Shown here: positions 19,582 through 27,776 of the stretch, in pieces
Layout: each line of letters starts with the position of its first letter
Position numbering within the stretch: position 1 is the stretch's first letter
NCBI GenBank assembly: GCA_028706655.1
Contig: JAQTVW010000002.1
Span: forward strand, 1-43,576
Reading direction: 5' to 3'
Length of the DNA stretch: 43,576 nt
Origin: Dehalococcoidales bacterium
GTDB lineage: Bacteria; Chloroflexota; Dehalococcoidia; Dehalococcoidales; RBG-16-60-22
Position numbers and translations under genes: made by a program
Notes under the pieces: generated by a model
What the model was told of the DNA's origin: nothing
The model's database searches: none
The model's input: the letters and a program-made list of their open reading frames with translations, nothing else

Positions 19582-20412
19582 TTATTTCTGAAAAGGTTTC
19601 GGCGCTTTTTTGAACGGTGCTTCATTGGCAGCCAACGCCGCTTTTAGCCCCTTCTCTTCAGAAAGCCGGCGGAAGTCCTGCACCGCTTGCGTGGTGTGGG
19701 AAATCGTGTCCAGCTGGATGCCAATGTTGAGGGCATTTCTTAAACCCATTTCTTCAGCGACGGCGTTGATTGCCGCTTTGTTGAGCTGTAATAGTTCCCG
19801 CGGTACTAGGGCGATGCGCTCGGCGAGGGTAGTGACTTCAGCTTCCAGCCTGTCTTCCGGCACGGCCTTCGCGACCAGCCCGATTTGCTCCGCCTGCTTT
19901 CCGCTGACCGGGTCGCCGGTGAACATGAGCATCTTCGCCCACTGCAGACCGGCATGGTACGCCGCCATGTGCATCCAGGTCAGCCCCAGCCGCCGCACCT
20001 GCGGGTGCATGAAAACGGCGCTTTCCGCCGCGATGACGATATCGCACTGCCCCATGATGTCGTTGCCGCCGGAAACGCAGTAGCCGTGCACCTGCGCGAT
20101 GACCGGCTTCTTCAGGTTCCAGATGCGCGTGATTTGCTTATCATTGCTGGTCAGCCATGCCATGTCCATCATGACCGGGCTGGAGCCGTAAGCCCCCGGT
20201 TTGCCCGGCTCGATGTCATAACCCGCGGAAAAGCCCCGCCCCGCCCCCTTGATGATAACGACGCTCACGCTGTCGTCCTCGTCGGCCCGGTCGAGGGCAG
20301 CCGCCAGCTCTCCCAGCAGGGCGTTGCTCAGGGCGTTGAGGACTTCGGGACGGTTCAGGGTAATGCGGAGAATCTTGTCTTTCTGCTCGTAAAGAATATG
20401 CTGATAGCTCAT
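19582..20412 (-). CDS. enoyl-CoA hydratase/isomerase (crotonase) family
   Basis: ITLNRPEVLNALS, VIIKGAGRGFSAGYDI, PVIAQVHGYCVSGG. Confidence 0.88.
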   Translation of the reverse strand: MSYQHILYEQKDKILRITLNRPEVLNALSNALLGELAAALDRADEDDSVSVVIIKGAGRGFSAGYDIEPGKPGAYGSSPVMMDMAWLTSNDKQITRIWNLKKPVIAQVHGYCVSGGNDIMGQCDIVIAAESAVFMHPQVRRLGLTWMHMAAYHAGLQWAKMLMFTGDPVSGKQAEQIGLVAKAVPEDRLEAEVTTLAERIALVPRELLQLNKAAINAVAEEMGLRNALNIGIQLDTISHTTQAVQDFRRLSEEKGLKAALAANEAPFKKAPKPFQK

Positions 20413-20440
20413 ACAACCCTCCGTTTTATATTTGCAGTTC

Positions 20441-20911
20441 TTACATCGTGCGGCGCGGGCGGTACTGGATGGCTTCCGCCACGTGGTTCGCCTTTATTAT
20501 ATCAGAGCCTTCCAAATCGGCAATAGTGCGTGCCAGCTTGAGGATGCGGTGGAAAGCACGTGCTGAAAGATAAAGCTGTTTCATGGCGGCTTTGAGCAGA
20601 CTCTGGGCGCTGTCCTCTACCGGGCAGAACTCGCGGATTTCCGCCGGCGTCATCTCGGCATTGCAAGTCTGGCGGCTGCCCCGGAAACGCGCGCTCTGGC
20701 GGGAACGCGCCGCCGTGACCCGCGCCTGTACCGCCGCCGAAGATTCGCCGCGCCGGCTGTCCGCCAGCTTGTCATAGTCCACCCGCGGCACTTCTACGAA
20801 AATGTCCACGCGGTCGAGGAAAGGTCCGCTGATGCGTCGCTGGTAGCGGGATATCAGCCCGGGCGGGCAGGTGCATTGCCGGACGGGGTCGCCGTAATAG
20901 CCGCACGGACA
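20441..20911 (-). pseudogene. comM: 3' fragment of comM/yifB (Mg-chelatase-like AAA+), last ~156 codons
   Basis: CPCGYYGDPVRQCTCPPGLISRYQRRISGPFLDRVDIFVEVPRV...ARAFHRILKLARTIADLEGS. The upstream in-frame residues (to 21025) are AT-rich island sequence. Confidence 0.85.
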
Positions 20912-22499
20912 TACGTGCGGAACACAATTGATGATTTTCAGCTTCATTTTCAATGTTATTATAGGGTAGGGTATTATTTTCGTCAAAAGCAAAGACGCAC
21001 CTGATAGCGGGATTCCCCTCATCATCTTTCCCTACTCTGACTTCCAATAACAGGTTTTCTATTACCGCTCGTTTAGTTTCAGGTGTAGCGTATTGAATGC
21101 TTTTATTGAGCTTGCCAAGAATAAACCCGATGTTTTCAAGTCGTTTCCTATATGCTTTTTCATTAGCTTGAGCATCGGTTAACGCACTTATATGTTTCTT
21201 TATTATTTCTCTTGAATGGACAATCTCCTCTAACTCCGAGTCCAATGCTTCTTTTGAAAATTGACCTTTAGGGTCAGCGTATAGACGAAGTAACCTCTTC
21301 TCAGACTCAATCAACTCTTCTAATCTTTTTTCAGCATCATCTATTTGTGCTCTATAATCATCATCGTTAGTTAATTCCAAACGAGTTTCAATTGCCATTC
21401 TTACAGTTTCAGGATTTTTAACGAAGTTTGTAATCTTTTCCCATACCCAATCTTCAAGGAGCTTCGCAGGTACGCTTGGGGAATCGCAAGCTTCCGATAA
21501 TAAGTTGCCCCTGTTACCATTTCTATTGCACCGATAGTATTGAAGCTCGCCATTTCTCGTTGAATGCGAACAATAGCCAGAATAAGAGTGTCCGCATATT
21601 TCACATTTCACGAGTCCTCTTAAAAGGTATAATCTTTTTGAATTTCTGTCTGCCCAAAGACAATGGTCTTTTAGATTATTTCGTGCTTTATTGAAAGTGT
21701 CCGAATCTACAATAGATGGACAGGTTGTTATGACTGGTGAATTAAGTCTTTTCTTACTTCTTTTTCCATAGACCCATTCACCTTTGTATGTTGAATTGCG
21801 AAGCATATTATAAACCCGTGCGGGACGCCATAACCTCGCTGTAGCTTTACCCCTGATTCCTCTTCCGTCTTTGCTATAACGTGTCGGTATTCCTAACGCA
21901 TTTAACTGTGGTGCTATGGAGTAACAGGTCATACCTTTTTCATTGACCCAATAGTATAGCTGACGGACTATTTTAGCTTCCTCTTCATTTATCTCTAGTT
22001 TTTTTGTGTCTGGATTTAATTGGTAACCGTACGGAATGATACCACCAGAGTATTGTCCGCTCTGAATTGCTTTTCTCATACCGTCTCGGCTTCTTTCCAT
22101 AAAAGTGTTTCTTTCCCATTCAGCGAAGGTGGAAGCCATTCCCAAATAAGCTTTACCCATTGCGGTAGTGGTATCAAAGGATTCGGTTACGGAAGCGAAT
22201 TGAATACCTAAATCTTCGAATTCAGCTATGGTATTATACATATGTCGGTTAGACCTAAAAAGTCTATCCAGCTTATAAACCAAGATAGCATCAAACAGTT
22301 TTGCTCTAGCATCATCCATCATTTTGGTTAAAGCGGGTCTTTTAAGAGTCGTACCAGAATACCCAGCATCAACATACTCTTCAACAATTGGGTATTCCTT
22401 ATCCGAGCAATATTTACGCAATCTCTCCACCTGATTTCCAATGGAGAAATTCTGAGCTTGCTCTTCAGTTGATACTCTTGCGTAAATAGCTGCTTTCAT
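20772..22499 (-). CDS. large serine recombinase (integrase); ORF reads through the left junction into host DNA
   Basis: N-terminal resolvase catalytic domain AAIYARVSTEEQ (Ser nucleophile), YKLDRLFRS. Recombinase domain YGYQL...; zinc-ribbon cysteines CEICGHSYSG...YYRC; coiled-coil region. Residues beyond ~533 are encoded by comM DNA in another frame. Confidence 0.9.
   Translation of the reverse strand: MKAAIYARVSTEEQAQNFSIGNQVERLRKYCSDKEYPIVEEYVDAGYSGTTLKRPALTKMMDDARAKLFDAILVYKLDRLFRSNRHMYNTIAEFEDLGIQFASVTESFDTTTAMGKAYLGMASTFAEWERNTFMERSRDGMRKAIQSGQYSGGIIPYGYQLNPDTKKLEINEEEAKIVRQLYYWVNEKGMTCYSIAPQLNALGIPTRYSKDGRGIRGKATARLWRPARVYNMLRNSTYKGEWVYGKRSKKRLNSPVITTCPSIVDSDTFNKARNNLKDHCLWADRNSKRLYLLRGLVKCEICGHSYSGYCSHSTRNGELQYYRCNRNGNRGNLLSEACDSPSVPAKLLEDWVWEKITNFVKNPETVRMAIETRLELTNDDDYRAQIDDAEKRLEELIESEKRLLRLYADPKGQFSKEALDSELEEIVHSREIIKKHISALTDAQANEKAYRKRLENIGFILGKLNKSIQYATPETKRAVIENLLLEVRVGKDDEGNPAIRCVFAFDENNTLPYNNIENEAENHQLCSARMSVRLLRRPRPAMHLPARADIPLPATHQRTFPRPRGHFRRSAAGGL
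20903..20911. repeat. left copy of the 9-bp att core GCACGGACA
   Basis: Identical 9-mer at 28084-28092. It sits exactly where ComM similarity and GC-rich composition end. Confidence 0.8.
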
Positions 22500-22551
22500 T
22501 TTGAATCACTAGCCTCAAGCCAAGGCAGCCTACCATAGAATCAGGCACGAG

Positions 22552-22722
22552 TCAACGCCCATTAGCTTTATTCTCCTCTGAATTTTCAAAGCTGGACATT
22601 AGTATCTTAAATACCCTATCTAACCGCTCCCCAGCATCAGGCACTTGGACATATTCCACCTTGACAACTTTCAAGGTGTTGATTCGCTTTCTCCTTTTCG
22701 TTACTTTTGTTTCTGTAGTCAT
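22552..22722 (-). CDS. possible 56-aa ORF upstream of the recombinase (MTTETKVTKRRKRINTLKVVKVEYVQVPDAGERLDRVFKILMSSFENSEENKANGR)
   Basis: Hand-translated and below the track cutoff. No clear SD. Its position suits an accessory or directionality factor, but the call rests only on the open frame. Confidence 0.25.
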   Translation of the reverse strand: MTTETKVTKRRKRINTLKVVKVEYVQVPDAGERLDRVFKILMSSFENSEENKANGR

Positions 22723-22757
22723 TATTATTTGCCCAAGTGCCTTCTTAATAAAATTGT

Positions 22758-23120
22758 CTAGTCCTGATAACCTATAATCCGAACTTGTATACCAAACTGG
22801 GTGAAGAAAGCCTTACCGCCGACTTTCTCAAGATTCTTTTCGTAGCTACAAACTAATATCTTTTGGACTGATGGGGGATACTGCAAGAGATTACGCATAT
22901 ACCTGTCTGCTTTCCCTTGCTGAATGTAAAACTCTGGTTTCTTATAATTAGTGGATTCATAGACCCTGATAAGTTCATTCCCACGATAAACCAGAATATC
23001 CGCACCGTCAGAATACATACCAGTAGACTCTGCTCTGTTTCCCTGCTTACGTTCCCACTCCTTTATCTTTTCTACCCTACGTTGTCCGATATTCCAGCTA
23101 TCAAGCTTTCTCTTGACCAT
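22758..23120 (-). CDS. hypothetical 120-aa protein (weak PD-(D/E)xK-like pattern)
   Basis: AAGGAG lies 9 nt upstream of the ATG at 23120. The segment GADILVYRGNELIRVYESTNYKK loosely resembles a nuclease-fold beta-hairpin. No firm family match by eye. Confidence 0.7.
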   Translation of the reverse strand: MVKRKLDSWNIGQRRVEKIKEWERKQGNRAESTGMYSDGADILVYRGNELIRVYESTNYKKPEFYIQQGKADRYMRNLLQYPPSVQKILVCSYEKNLEKVGGKAFFTQFGIQVRIIGYQD

Positions 23121-23359
23121 ACGTTTATTCTCCTTTCCTGTGGGGGGATTGATTATTCTATCCTTATCACAGGACTCATTATTTTTGCCTTATCTACAAT
23201 GGACTGAATAGCAGGATAACCAGCTACTAACCATTGTTGCTAGACGTACCTTCTACGTGTTACTAACCATATAAACCATCGGTTAGTAAACAAGAGCAGT
23301 TTGGAGCTAGTCTAGCTCTGAGCGTCCTCTAACCAGACTAGCTCCGCACGCTCACCAGA

Positions 23360-23530
23360 CTATGATTTGGGTTCGCTGGTATCAGTGTTAGGAGTGGTCT
23401 CTTTCTTCCGAGGGGTACGACCAGCAGGATATACCCTAAGCTCTATTCTGGTCTTACCACTTGAAGACAGTCTGATTAGCTCAGTCCCCTTTTTGCTCTC
23501 AACTTTGGGTGAGCCATTTTTCCTTGACAT
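23360..23530 (-). CDS. hypothetical basic 56-aa protein
   Basis: AGGAGG lies 7 nt upstream of the ATG at 23530 (the track ORF starts 7 codons earlier). MSRKNGSPKVESKKGTELIRLSSSGKTRIELRVYPAGRTPRKKE... Confidence 0.55.
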   Translation of the reverse strand: MSRKNGSPKVESKKGTELIRLSSSGKTRIELRVYPAGRTPRKKETTPNTDTSEPKS

Positions 23531-23688
23531 CGCTTGTCCTCCTTTCTCCAATACTTGGTCTAGACCTTACTGAAATTAAAACACTGTTTGAGGAAGTGCA
23601 CCAAACATTCAGCTTTGGACGTTTATAAGGAATAGAATGAGATTGATGGAATAAATGTTGAAATGGACGCTAAGAGGACTCTGTAATA

Positions 23689-24582
23689 CTAGACAGATTC
23701 GGAAATATTTGAATTATCTCTTGGGAATCCTTGACGCTTGGTTAGTCCTGATTGTCGCCACGAGTAATCAAGCTTATTTCTTACACGTTTTCTTTGGCGA
23801 TTCTTACTGTCATATAGTCTCTGATATTCTTGTCTTTCTTTTTGATGACTGTAATAGTAGCGGCTCCTGCGTTGTCTTGCCTTGATGACACTTTCCGATG
23901 GAATATCTAAACTGAAATTCTTGAGAATGTTAAAAGCATATTTAGCTTCTTTTCCTGTGATTGGGTCTTGGTTTGAAAGCACAAATAATAACTGACGTTT
24001 TGGGTCTTTCAGCTTGGTTTTTATGAATTCCTGAAGAGTTGGGGTAACTAACTTACCTTCCGAGTCAAAAGCGTATAGATTCTGGTTATATCCTGCCTTT
24101 GCCTTCATTAAACCTGTTTTCAAATACGCTAACCTGTCAGCTTGGTTTTTAGATATGGAAACCTGCCCCAAGATAGCATCGTAAAATTCCTTAGATGTTA
24201 ATTTCTTAGTGCTAAGCTCTTGGAGCTTTTTCGTCTCTATTTCATTCAATTTTTCTAAATCTTGTGTCGCAAGAAGATAACGAGCTGCCACTTCAATCCC
24301 TTGCTCATAATAGTCACTACGTGTGAATTTACCATCAGGAAGGAACGCTTTGTCCCAATACATCTGAGATTTCATTTCAGCTTTGTAATTGTTATCCCGT
24401 ATGTCAATAGCTCTATAACTATCGGAAAGAATCAGATAATAGAGTGGGTAACGTGGTCTAAGTCTAAGCAGACGCCTTGACAATACAATTGCATCTTCAA
24501 AGCGTTTTTTATTCCATAGAAAATCTATCGCTTGCTTGACTAATTCTGCCTCAGTATTTTTCTTATTACGTTGGTTTTTCAT
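23689..24582 (-). CDS. hypothetical 297-aa protein with an Arg/Lys-rich C-terminal tail
   Basis: Long ORF with island-typical AT-rich codon usage. N-terminal helical repeat-like segment (AIDFLWNKKRFEDAIVLSRRLLRLRP); C-terminal RQRRSRYYYSHQKERQEYQRLYDSKNRQRKRVRNK. No recognisable catalytic motif. Confidence 0.7.
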   Translation of the reverse strand: MKNQRNKKNTEAELVKQAIDFLWNKKRFEDAIVLSRRLLRLRPRYPLYYLILSDSYRAIDIRDNNYKAEMKSQMYWDKAFLPDGKFTRSDYYEQGIEVAARYLLATQDLEKLNEIETKKLQELSTKKLTSKEFYDAILGQVSISKNQADRLAYLKTGLMKAKAGYNQNLYAFDSEGKLVTPTLQEFIKTKLKDPKRQLLFVLSNQDPITGKEAKYAFNILKNFSLDIPSESVIKARQRRSRYYYSHQKERQEYQRLYDSKNRQRKRVRNKLDYSWRQSGLTKRQGFPRDNSNISESV

Positions 24583-24687
24583 AAAGCATAATTCACCAAG
24601 AAATGTGCTCCTGCAATTTTAACACCAAAATACTTATCATTGCATAGTAACGAAGCGAAGTAATAAATTATCCCCCCCGCCCTCTTC

Positions 24688-24722
24688 AATAAAAAAGACG
24701 CCCGCCCTTTCAGGGTGGCGTC
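24688..24722 (-). terminator. Rho-independent terminator downstream of the RM gene
   Basis: On the minus strand: GACGCCACCC-TGAAA-GGGCGGGCGTC followed by TTTTTTATT. A GC-rich hairpin in otherwise AT-rich DNA. Confidence 0.6.
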
Positions 24723-24970
24723 GTTGTGTTAGGTACGAATTTATTGAAGTAAAATCAGAAATTCAATTTAGCTTCGCAAATAAAGTGAAAATACGGCAAT
24801 TTATCCCTTTTTATTATACGGTTAGCTTTGGTAAATTATGCCGAAATGGGGCAGAAATAAGGTTTATTTTCTCTTTTTGATGGTGGCAGGAGCTTGTTTT
24901 GAAGCTAAATTCCCAACTGGCACGGGCATTTCTTGCCAAATTTCAAACTATTTTTCAAACGTTAGACCCG

Positions 24971-27628
24971 TTAAAATTCGGTTTTCTCTATCTTGTATAA
25001 ACTAAAGACAATATCATCTATTTGTTGAGTAACGCCTGCTATACTTCCCTTTAAAGCAAGCTCTTGGTCTGGGGCACAACCATTAAGTTTCTGGTTATAC
25101 TGTAATAAACTATCAACCAGATTCCCTATCTTAGACTGTATCTCTTCGGTGCAAGGTTTAAGTGGAAGTTGCTCTAGATAACCTTTTGATACATTGACCG
25201 TCAAATCCGCCTTATTAGTGAAACGATTTCTGAAATAGTAGTTCATCAAGTTTGAGTTTAACAGGGCGAGCACGTACCTAGCATCGAAACTCTTATCCTC
25301 AGTTTTCAGGATTATGTTATTGATGGAAGCAAAAGTGTAATATTGGCTTCGGTCTAAAGTAGCAACAATAGGGTCTAAGCCTCCGCTTATCCTACGAACA
25401 AGGATTTTTTCCTTAGCAAGGAAAATGCTTTCAGGTCTAGCCCTGTGTAATACCTTCCTGTCATAGAGAATGAACTTTTTACTTGGTATGATTCGATACC
25501 TATCAATATCCTTACCTTCAATGAATTTCTTATACTCTTCACCCAGTTTTTTATCGGTAATGTAATTTGCCTTACCTTTGGGAGTGACGATACCCTCAAT
25601 TATTTCTTCGCATATTTTACCGAGAAGTGTACATCCCTCTTCTATCTTAGATAACAATTTATCTGTTTTTTCATCCACAAATATGTTGAATGCTTTTAGC
25701 GGACTAGTGTCAAAATCAAGCTGAGGTAATTCGTTTACAATGAATTTGTTTGAAGTCAAATCTTGTATATCCGATATGACCTTCACCTTGTTAGATTCCC
25801 GTACCTTCTTATCCGCTTCTTTCCTGAGAATGATTACTATCGTTTCGGCTGTTACTTTCTCGAATTGACCTTTCCCTAAATCTACAATTTGTTCGATAGC
25901 ACAGTTATTCAATATAAAATTACGAAGAGGCTCATAGGTGCTTACTCTTAAAAGAGTGTTTGGAACGATGAAGCCAAGCTTCCCACCATCTGATAATCTT
26001 TCAATACCAGCTTCTATGAATAAAGCGAATGTGTTTACCTTTCCGAGTGCTGACTGATAATGTTTTTTGTAGTATCCTTTTTCTAATTCAGAAATAGCCA
26101 TACTACGAGTAAAAATATACGGTGGATTAGAAACAATTATATCGAAAGGTCTATTCTTTAGAAGCTTACTTAGAGAGACTTTTGGTGTATTGGTATCTTC
26201 TACTGAAGATAATGGATGCTCTGTTTCATAGATGTCCAAATCAAAGGTCAACTCAAGCTTTTCAAGGCTGTTACCTCCAACCACATTGAGCTTACTCGTA
26301 GGGTGGTCTAAGTCCTTTAATAGTAAGTTCATTACTGTCAACTGCGTTGCGAAGGGATTAATATCTATACCGAATAGATTCTTTTCTAATATCTTAGCGT
26401 GTATAAGTCCTTCTTCCCATCCCTCAGCAGTATATAGTTTTCGTAATCTATCGTAAGCCTTTATTAAAAAGCCACCAGAACCACAAGCTGGGTCAAGTAT
26501 CTTCTTATCAGGGGTAATATTTACTTCATTCAGAATATAATTGACTAGTAAGTCAGGTGTATAGAACTGCCCCAGTCTCTTTCGCTCTTCCCTAGATATG
26601 TGCCGCTCATAAGCATTACCAAGCACGTCCTTGCTTATTTTGGAAAAATCGTGCTCACCTAGCTTATCAAGTACGAAGTCAATGGTATCGGAATTCCAGT
26701 CAATATCCTCGAAATTAATTGAGTCAAATAAAGGCGATTTATATAGACCCTCAAAACGCTCACCTATTTCGTTAAATGCTATGCTCAGTATGTTACTCGG
26801 CTTCTCGACCATCTGACGCCATTTTGTTATTGCATCCTTAGAGAGCTTCGATTTGACGTGTCCCTTGTCTTCACAAATTCTGAGGAATAGAACTCGATTG
26901 ATTAATGTATAAGCACCTTCTCTGCATAGCTTGTCTATTAACTCAGGGTCAGAAACATCCATCTTTACGTCGGCTGCCCAAACATCAATTATTTGCTTGA
27001 ATTCAAGGTCAGTCTGATAACGAGCTTTGAACTGAGAGAGAAGGTCACTAAATAATTTTTCTCGACACTTGGCTAGGTCATCTATGAGAGTCTTAGCGGT
27101 AATGTTTTCTCTTAGGCTTTCGGCTTGTTCGCTGAGTTTTTTCGCTTCCTGAAGATGCTCCTTGCTAATAAGTTCTGACAACGCACTATAGAACTCAGGT
27201 AAATTTTTGAGCGAAGTCTCAAATAACAATCTGTCTTTAGGATTTGCAATCCCAGCCACGAAGGATTTGTAAATTCTAATCTCTAATCCATTAGTGAGCA
27301 TTACCCACTCAATACCTTTAAGGTAGGCGTAATTAAGCCCTTGATTCACGTGGTTATCTAGCTTCTCATCTAAATCTTTTGTTTCTATAAGAAGCTTTGG
27401 TTTATTATCGAAAATCAGAGCTATATCAGCCTTCTTATTCTCTACGTGATGTTCAAAGTCCATATCTTGCTGAGTGCTGTAACCAAGTAAGTTCAGCAAA
27501 GGAATGACTATCTTAATCTTGACGTTTTCCTCACAGGCACCTTTGGCTTTGCGGACGTATTTATCTACATCAAGATTAGCCAGCGATTTAATTTCTTTCT
27601 GTGCCTGTTTCAATAGATTATTCCTCAA
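24971..27628 (-). CDS. type IIG restriction-modification enzyme (fused PD-(D/E)xK nuclease, N6-adenine methyltransferase and target-recognition domain)
   Basis: N-terminal nuclease-like KADIALIFDNKPKLLIETKDL (D...ExK). Methyltransferase motifs GQFYTPDLLV, ILDPACGSGGFL, LFGIDINPFA, IVSNPPYIF. Long C-terminal TRD-like region. TTG start with no SD. Confidence 0.85.
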   Translation of the reverse strand: MRNNLLKQAQKEIKSLANLDVDKYVRKAKGACEENVKIKIVIPLLNLLGYSTQQDMDFEHHVENKKADIALIFDNKPKLLIETKDLDEKLDNHVNQGLNYAYLKGIEWVMLTNGLEIRIYKSFVAGIANPKDRLLFETSLKNLPEFYSALSELISKEHLQEAKKLSEQAESLRENITAKTLIDDLAKCREKLFSDLLSQFKARYQTDLEFKQIIDVWAADVKMDVSDPELIDKLCREGAYTLINRVLFLRICEDKGHVKSKLSKDAITKWRQMVEKPSNILSIAFNEIGERFEGLYKSPLFDSINFEDIDWNSDTIDFVLDKLGEHDFSKISKDVLGNAYERHISREERKRLGQFYTPDLLVNYILNEVNITPDKKILDPACGSGGFLIKAYDRLRKLYTAEGWEEGLIHAKILEKNLFGIDINPFATQLTVMNLLLKDLDHPTSKLNVVGGNSLEKLELTFDLDIYETEHPLSSVEDTNTPKVSLSKLLKNRPFDIIVSNPPYIFTRSMAISELEKGYYKKHYQSALGKVNTFALFIEAGIERLSDGGKLGFIVPNTLLRVSTYEPLRNFILNNCAIEQIVDLGKGQFEKVTAETIVIILRKEADKKVRESNKVKVISDIQDLTSNKFIVNELPQLDFDTSPLKAFNIFVDEKTDKLLSKIEEGCTLLGKICEEIIEGIVTPKGKANYITDKKLGEEYKKFIEGKDIDRYRIIPSKKFILYDRKVLHRARPESIFLAKEKILVRRISGGLDPIVATLDRSQYYTFASINNIILKTEDKSFDARYVLALLNSNLMNYYFRNRFTNKADLTVNVSKGYLEQLPLKPCTEEIQSKIGNLVDSLLQYNQKLNGCAPDQELALKGSIAGVTQQIDDIVFSLYKIEKTEF

Positions 27629-27649
27629 AATTGGTATTCAACTGGACAT

Positions 27650-27678
27650 ATTATACAACATTGCCTAACCCGAACAGT
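27650..27678 (-). promoter_or_regulatory. candidate promoter for the RM gene
   Basis: Perfect TATAAT on the minus strand (27655-27650), 21 nt upstream of the TTG start. The -35 is only weak (ACTGTT/TTACTG). Confidence 0.3.
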
Positions 27679-27776
27679 AACGCTCGCCGCTTGTTCTGGC
27701 AAAATTCTGAAAACTCACTTTTATTCTGGCACGCCACTAGGCACACCTACTACCCTTCAGTCGTGGGGGATTTTGA

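Noticed and set aside
24971-27628. BREX PglX or a type I HsdM/HsdR assignment for the 885-aa protein
   Set aside because: No PglZ, BrxC, BrxL, HsdS or helicase-domain partner is nearby. The nuclease-like N-terminus, methyltransferase and TRD lie in one chain, which fits type IIG better.
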